Origin: Octopus bimaculoides
Taxonomy: Eukaryota
Direction: 5' to 3'
NCBI RefSeq assembly: GCF_001194135.2
Contig: NC_068983.1
Location: 116,297,881 to 116,355,615, forward strand
Length of the DNA stretch: 57,735 nucleotides
The notes beneath the pieces were generated by a model, which saw only the letters and a program-made list of their open reading frames with translations, searched no databases and was not told where the DNA came from. The position numbers and the translations under genes were made by a program. Of this stretch, positions 51,435-57,735 are shown piece after piece; positions within the stretch are counted from its first letter, which is position 1; every line of letters begins with the position of its first letter.

Positions 51435-53644
51435 TTATAACTTATTGCATATTTCTACCTTTAGAAAGATTCCTCGGATTATTGAAGACTTATCTTACAA
51501 AAATATGTTAGTAACCTTTTATAAAGTTAAAAGGCAAATTTGTTTGACACCTGTAATGAATTTTATATACTTTAATTTAATTTATATTTGCAATTTTTCC
51601 TTTGAAAATGTAGTTTCTTCCCTTCCCTTTTATTTATTTCTCATTTGAGTTAATAATATTTTTTTCTGTATTAATGAAATTAGCAACACTTTTTGAAAAC
51701 CAGAAGTATAAATGTGTGAACATAGTGCAGGTGTTTAATTGCAGTAAGTGAATAGATGCAAATTTCCTGTTCCTTTTAGGACTCTAATTTATCACAGGTA
51801 ACTTTCCTTGGAAACCTGATACTCATTCATCTCTCTTACATAAATTGAAAAAAGTTGAGTTGTCATATCCAAGGTTACAAGAAAGATTCCAGTATGCTAT
51901 GAGACTGACTTATGTAACCTTTATCAACTTAACGTTCCACTGGAGTGTAGTTTTCTACAACTGATGATCAATCAGTGTATTGATTTGCTGTCCAAAGCTA
52001 GATTGACTGAATTATTAAATAAGTATCCTATTGAAACTACATTTGCAAAAATATTTACTTAACATCTGAATGATTGAAAGAAAGAAATGAAGGTTCCATA
52101 ATTCAATGACTGTCACTTTCTAATACTTCTTTTCATTCACTTTTCAATACATTGCTTATGCTATTGGAAAATGCTTTGTTGAACAAATGCATATGAATGT
52201 AGATGGCAGCCAAATTTTCCTCTTAGAAATGGCAGAGAAAAAAAAGTCTGGCTGACAGGTTCATTTTCCTTCTCTGAAGGCAAATTACATTAATCTGATG
52301 TACTATAGAGATTTCACACTCCATAACTTTGTGTTCATTCATATATATCTATTTTCACTCTGTTTCTTTGGCAACCAGGAAGTTATTGTCATATCTAGAT
52401 ATATTTATTTTATAGTAATTATTATTACAATGAAATAATGAGTTATGTAGTTGGAGAAGAAATAAAAACAATAACAACAGTAGTCATAGTAATAATTAGC
52501 ATTAAAGAAATCATTATTTTATAGTGTTGATTGTATTAGGTGTCCATTGTAAGATTCTTCGTTTGTTTTTTGTGTAAGCAAAGACTCTTTCTTCCAACCA
52601 TATATATATAAACAAATAGTAAATGAGTATAAGCATATATACGTACAGGTATGTGCATACCGACATCCACCTGTATGTATAGGTGCATATCTGGGTACAG
52701 GACATTGCAAACAAACGTAGACGAGAAAACACACAAGCCACATAGAGAACATTCTACTTCATCAGCTACCCACGTTTTAACACCGGCGTTTCGACGAGCT
52801 TATAAATAAAATGTACTTGACTTGTATGAACTGCCAAATATTACACATTGAAACTGCTTACCAATATGTTAAAACATTTTTTTCTTTTTCTACAAATACT
52901 TTTGGAGAACTAGAATATTTTTTATTCACAGTTGGCCTTTTTTTTTGTGTTTTCACTGCCATTATATTTTCTTAAACATTTCCCGGTAAACTACTTCTCA
53001 AATTTCTTTTGTATCAAGTCTTTTACCTAAAATAGTCCATTGCTAAACAATTTAGCATTTCTTTTCATTAGATATTGTAACCAAATGAGTGTGTTCTCTT
53101 GTGTCTTTAACAATTCATTTTATTGACATACATTTCTCTTTTCTTTTTCTCTTGGATTTTGTTTCCACCCTGTTTTGGGTTGAAAAGATTTGTAAATTCT
53201 GTGTTTTGTGTTTTTATTACATCAAGTATTTTATGGTAGAATGAGTCATCCCAATAATTTAATTCTTCCTGTTAATTATTTGTTAGCAACAGATTTGATT
53301 TCAAGCATTATATTGGGTTACAGTTATTTTATGGTGAGAGACTATACTATATTGCATAGATGGAAAAGGGGGTAAAAAGAAACAGGGTTAAAAGAAAGAT
53401 GAATGTAATGCAGATGACTGACTGAATATACCCATAACTTCAAAATGAATATCTGATGATGTTATAATACTATTACAGCTGATAATCTTATATATAATTC
53501 AAATAAGTAAGAAGGATGTCCAGGTAACAATGCATTACAGCCATTTCATTTTGTTCATCTAACTTTGAGCTGTGCGGACTATACCAAACTGGCTTGGTGC
53601 CTCAATTTAAGTACCTAATTCAACTGAATCTTGATATATATATA

Positions 53645-53706
<62 letters not shown>

Positions 53707-54708
53707 ATTCAATGGCATGTCAGTGTTATTTTAGTTGAATCTTCTGCCTCTTTTATACCATGAGGAGAAAGCAGTGATTTTCTGAGAGTAGGGGAAGAGA
53801 GAGAAAGTATAATAAAAAGAGGTAGATTACATAGATAGATAGATAAGTGGGAAATTGATAATGGAAAGAGTAGAAGAGATTTGTGTATGATATCAAAATG
53901 AGTGGGGGGGGGGGGATATTGGGAAATGAAGATTGAACCACTAATCACTTCAGCAGCATTAGATGATGAAGTATCATTTTCAGCAGTAAAATTGAGGCTT
54001 CTTCTTGGTGCCTGTTTATGGCTAAAAGAATTGAACCAGCACAAATCAAACATGTTTAATGAGAATTCTGTGCAATGTTAGAGACTGGATATCAACTTAT
54101 GATCCCCAGCTAGCTTGCTAGCTCTTTGACTCTGGCTAACTTCATTTCACAGGAATCTAATTAGAATTCTGCTGGAGGAGTAGATTTTTTAAAAAAATTT
54201 ACATAGCTACAATTTCTCTCTTTTTTATTATAATTCTTGAAATAACGTTCTATGTTGTCCAAATGTTGGAATTTTCATTATCTTTAACTCAATTATTCAA
54301 TAAATTGAATCCTGCCAGCATTGAGGAATAGCTATTTTCTTCTCCATCCATTAGTTGCTTTTCAACATGGATAGAAGAGGACAATGCATTTGGTTGCAGT
54401 GAGGAATGTGTAGGTCTGTCATTTCAGACAGACATGCTATATATGTGTCTATTATAAGGTGTCAGAATGTTTGATTTTTAAAATCAACTTTCTATCTCAC
54501 ATTTACTTTTCCTAGAATACTGTCTAGAGTTTTTCCATTGTCATAATTTCAATGGTCACATTTAAGCATAAGAATATACTGTTCTTGTAGTCATTACTGA
54601 CTTCTAGTGATATATACATATGGATGGATGCAAGAATTATGTATAATGTATGTAATATACTTGAATAATATGTCTTATTTGTATGTAATATTACGTAATA
54701 TAGATATG

Positions 54709-54756
<48 letters not shown>

Positions 54757-54769
54757 CACGTGATTGACC

Positions 54770-55045
54770 AGGCTACCGTATGTTATTACACATTGCTGGC
54801 TGCAATGCGCTTTGCATCATTTTAGCTTTTGAATGATGCCAGCCCACTGGCTAGGTGAGCAAGCCAACATTCCTCTTGATAGGATGGCTGGTCCACTGCA
54901 GGATTATTCATTTACAGCTGGAGTGGACTGGTGTAATGTGAAATGAAGTGTTTTGATAAAGAAAACGAGACTCAGCTGGTCTGGAAATGTAAACTATGAT
55001 CACATGACTGTGAGTACAATGCACCTAGCCATCAACTTATACACC
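54770..55045 (-). mobile_element. tRNA-derived CORE/V-type SINE
   Basis: Contains cagctggagtggactggtgtaatgtgaaatgaagtgt, the reverse complement of the cacttcatttcac...ccagtccactc..cagctg core. tRNA-like head on the minus strand near 55040. Confidence 0.55.
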
Positions 55046-55154
55046 TTCACACACACAAACACACATTTCATTTAATATATCTCATATAAGTATATTCTAT
55101 GCCATCTACTTATATCTGTGTATGTGGATTTATATTAAAATATAATTTTAGGAG

Positions 55155-55292
55155 CAGGTGTTGTTCTGTGGTTTTTGAGGCTGCCCTGCTATGTGGTGCT
55201 TTGGGCAAGTGTCTTCTTACACTGTAACCCTGAACCAATTGAAGACTTATGAATGGATTTAATAGACGGAAACTTAAATAAGCCATTGTGTT

Positions 55293-55327
<35 letters not shown>

Positions 55328-55520
55328 ATATATGTATGTACACACACACACACACAAAGCACAGGCCTGGCTGTGTGGTAAGAAGCTTGCTTCCCAACAT
55401 ATGGTTCCAGGTTTAGTCCCCACTACATGGCATCATGGACAAGTGTCTTCTGCTGTAGCTTTGGACTGACCGTAGCCTGCTGAGTGGATTTGGTCGGTGA
55501 AAACTGAAAGAAATCTAGTG
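55155..55520 (+). mobile_element. Two tandem 5' halves of the 6-391 SINE family separated by (TG)n/(CA)n
   Basis: gggcaagtgtcttct...tgaatggattt..agacggaaact at ~55200-55285 and ggctgtgtggtaagaagcttgcttcccaac...gagtggatttggtc.gtgaaaactgaaag at ~55365-55515. Confidence 0.75.
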
Positions 55521-56431
55521 TGTGTGCACCGGGTACATCTTATAGAGTTACTACCTACTCCTTTTCTACATNNNNNNNNNNNNNNNNNNNNNNNNNNNNN
55601 NNNNNNNNNNNNNNNNNNNNNNNNNNNNNNNNNNNNNNNNNNNNNNNNNNNNNNNNNNNNNNNNNNNNNNNATATATATATATATATATCCTTGCATATA
55701 AATGCATATTAAAACACTCACATGTTTATATATAGATATATAAGTACATGCACACATACATAAAAAAGGATATATTTGTGTGTGTGTACACATATACATG
55801 TGCTGGCATGTGCCGCCATCATAATCATCAGCATGTCCATTTTTCATGCTAGCACGTGTTGTAAGGTCTGACTGGGTCAGAGTGCCATATCTTGCTTCGG
55901 TGTCTCGGTTCTGGTATTGTTTCTATGGTGTTAGTAATCAACAGAAAGTTACAAAAGATAGTTTCCTACACCACACTTACTAAACTGACTTCAAGCTTGT
56001 TTTTTATATAGAATAAATTACAGTTCTTTCTGGAATGTTCAGTTCAATTAAAAATTGAATGGTGTTGGTGTGGTGTCATGTGGAAAATACATATGTACAA
56101 ATAGACAGTTCATTATACAGATGACTTGAGAGAAGATAAACAGCTTATTCCTACATGCACACATCTCTTTCTACACACTGACATACATACACACACACAC
56201 GGCTCTGTTTATATACAAAATGTGTGGTATGTGTACACAAATGCATGTGCACACACACTAACACATACACATATATACCCACATTGATTTAAGTGTATAC
56301 ACATATACATATAAATTCACATGCATGTATATGGATTTATTTCCATATACATTTGCATGCACACATGTGAACACATGTACGCATATGTATATATACTCAA
56401 ATACATAAAACACAGATATATACACATATAT

Positions 56432-56499
<68 letters not shown>

Positions 56500-56659
56500 T
56501 CTCTATACACACTTGGACACACTCATACCCTACATGTGGAATACAGCAAGGTGTAAAACCAAGTAATGTATAAATCTGAACAGATTGAGTGCTACTGATG
56601 TATATCATTATGTAAAGAAGTCAAATGATTTAAATTAATGAAAGAAACTTTTAAAAATC

Positions 56660-56895
56660 ATCATCACCATCATTTAACATCTGTTTTCATGCTGGCATGG
56701 TTTAGATGGCTTGACAAGAACTAGCAAGGCCAGGTTCTGTAACCTGTTTTGGCTTGGTTTCTACAGCTGGATGCCTTTACTAAAGCCAACTTTACAGAGT
56801 GTACTGGGTGCTTTTTACATGGCACAATCACCAGTGGTCTTTATGCAGCACCAGTACTTTTTACATGGTGCTAGCATCCACACCAGTACTTTTTT
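56660..56895 (-). mobile_element. RTE-type 3' tail fragment
   Basis: tcatcatcaccatcatttaacatctgttttcatgctggcatgg ... ttctacagctggatgcc ... actttacagagtgtactgggtgc is the reverse complement of the RTE UTR and tail. Confidence 0.7.
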
Positions 56896-57694
56896 TTACT
56901 TACTGAAGAAGTATTACCTTCAGTGGGTTTTAAAAACAGAATGGTGAAGTATATGTCCTTGCTAGTCAGATAAAGATAACATTTGTTGCCTTTAATATAA
57001 GCTGGAGTAAATTTGAAACTATTCCATTTGATTTTGTAATTGGAGATGCCTTTGTTTTCTAAACTTCACATGTATTTTAAAAATGTTGTTACTGATCTCT
57101 TATCTTCAAGTTTGAATGGCTGGATTTGAATGTGTTCTTAGCAAAGCATATATAGCATTTTGTGTCATTGTTGTCATCATTGGTGGAAAACCTTGGCATG
57201 GTAAAGCAACACTTTTTTGGAATGCATTCACCATATAAAAGGCACCTTCTCCTGATAAAGCAGTCGCACCGAGGTGAAGATTCATTTGTGAGAGATGGTG
57301 GGAAGGGGGTGGGGTTAATCTCTTCCTGGTCTAGTTAAAGAAAAGATGAAATTATACATGCGACCATGACTTTGAAGTAATATCTGCTAAAAGTTTTGTG
57401 GAACTTATGCTACAGGGAAGAATCTGGTGAGATTAGACCTGATGCTCAAACCGAAATGTGTGTGTGTGAAAGTGAAAGTTTATGCCATATAGCTTTAGAT
57501 AATGTTAACATCAGGAGATCTTTGTGGAGAGATATATTCTATCCTGTCATTAAAGCCATCTCTGCTAAGAGGCTCATTATAAAATACAGCAGCATTATCT
57601 GTAGGAAAATATATAATTATATTTCTATTCACAATGCAAATTGATACTTATGTAAGCCTGGATGTCATATGGTGTGTGTGTGTATGTGCGTGTA

Positions 57695-57735
<41 letters not shown>

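Noticed and set aside
52755-52800. Minus-strand CGAAAC and CTGATGA suggesting a second hammerhead
   Set aside because: The motifs are in permuted order and I could not build stems I-III around them. Probably a repeat fragment.

Overview
AT-rich, microsatellite-saturated animal genomic DNA with N-gaps. The SINE, RTE and mariner repertoire suggests an octopus, which is an inference. Almost all ORFs in the track are microsatellite or transposon artefacts. The window is mostly intronic sequence of one + strand gene, the PIX RhoGEF (ARHGEF6/7-like). A 93-nt exon at 20338-20430 encodes the GIT-binding motif ILRVIEAYCTSAKTRQTVNS, and a phase-compatible 45-nt exon lies upstream at 9253-9297. The expected coiled-coil exons (VLLPEEEK..., SLVDTVY...) were not found and probably lie beyond the window end or in gaps. 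The most interesting candidate is a GC/CpG-rich phase-1 exon at 45897. It can be read as an in-frame 108-nt cassette or as a terminal exon ending in a di-Cys plus basic tail, which mirrors the alternative splicing of vertebrate beta-PIX at the same junction. The introns hold decayed mariner, maT and Penelope elements, MITEs, RTE tails and a six-copy head-to-tail SINE array. They also hold a ~720-bp foldback element carrying a tRNA-like head and a degenerate dimer-type hammerhead ribozyme motif, plus several near-perfect hairpins. No prokaryotic system, CRISPR array or intact RNA gene is supported.
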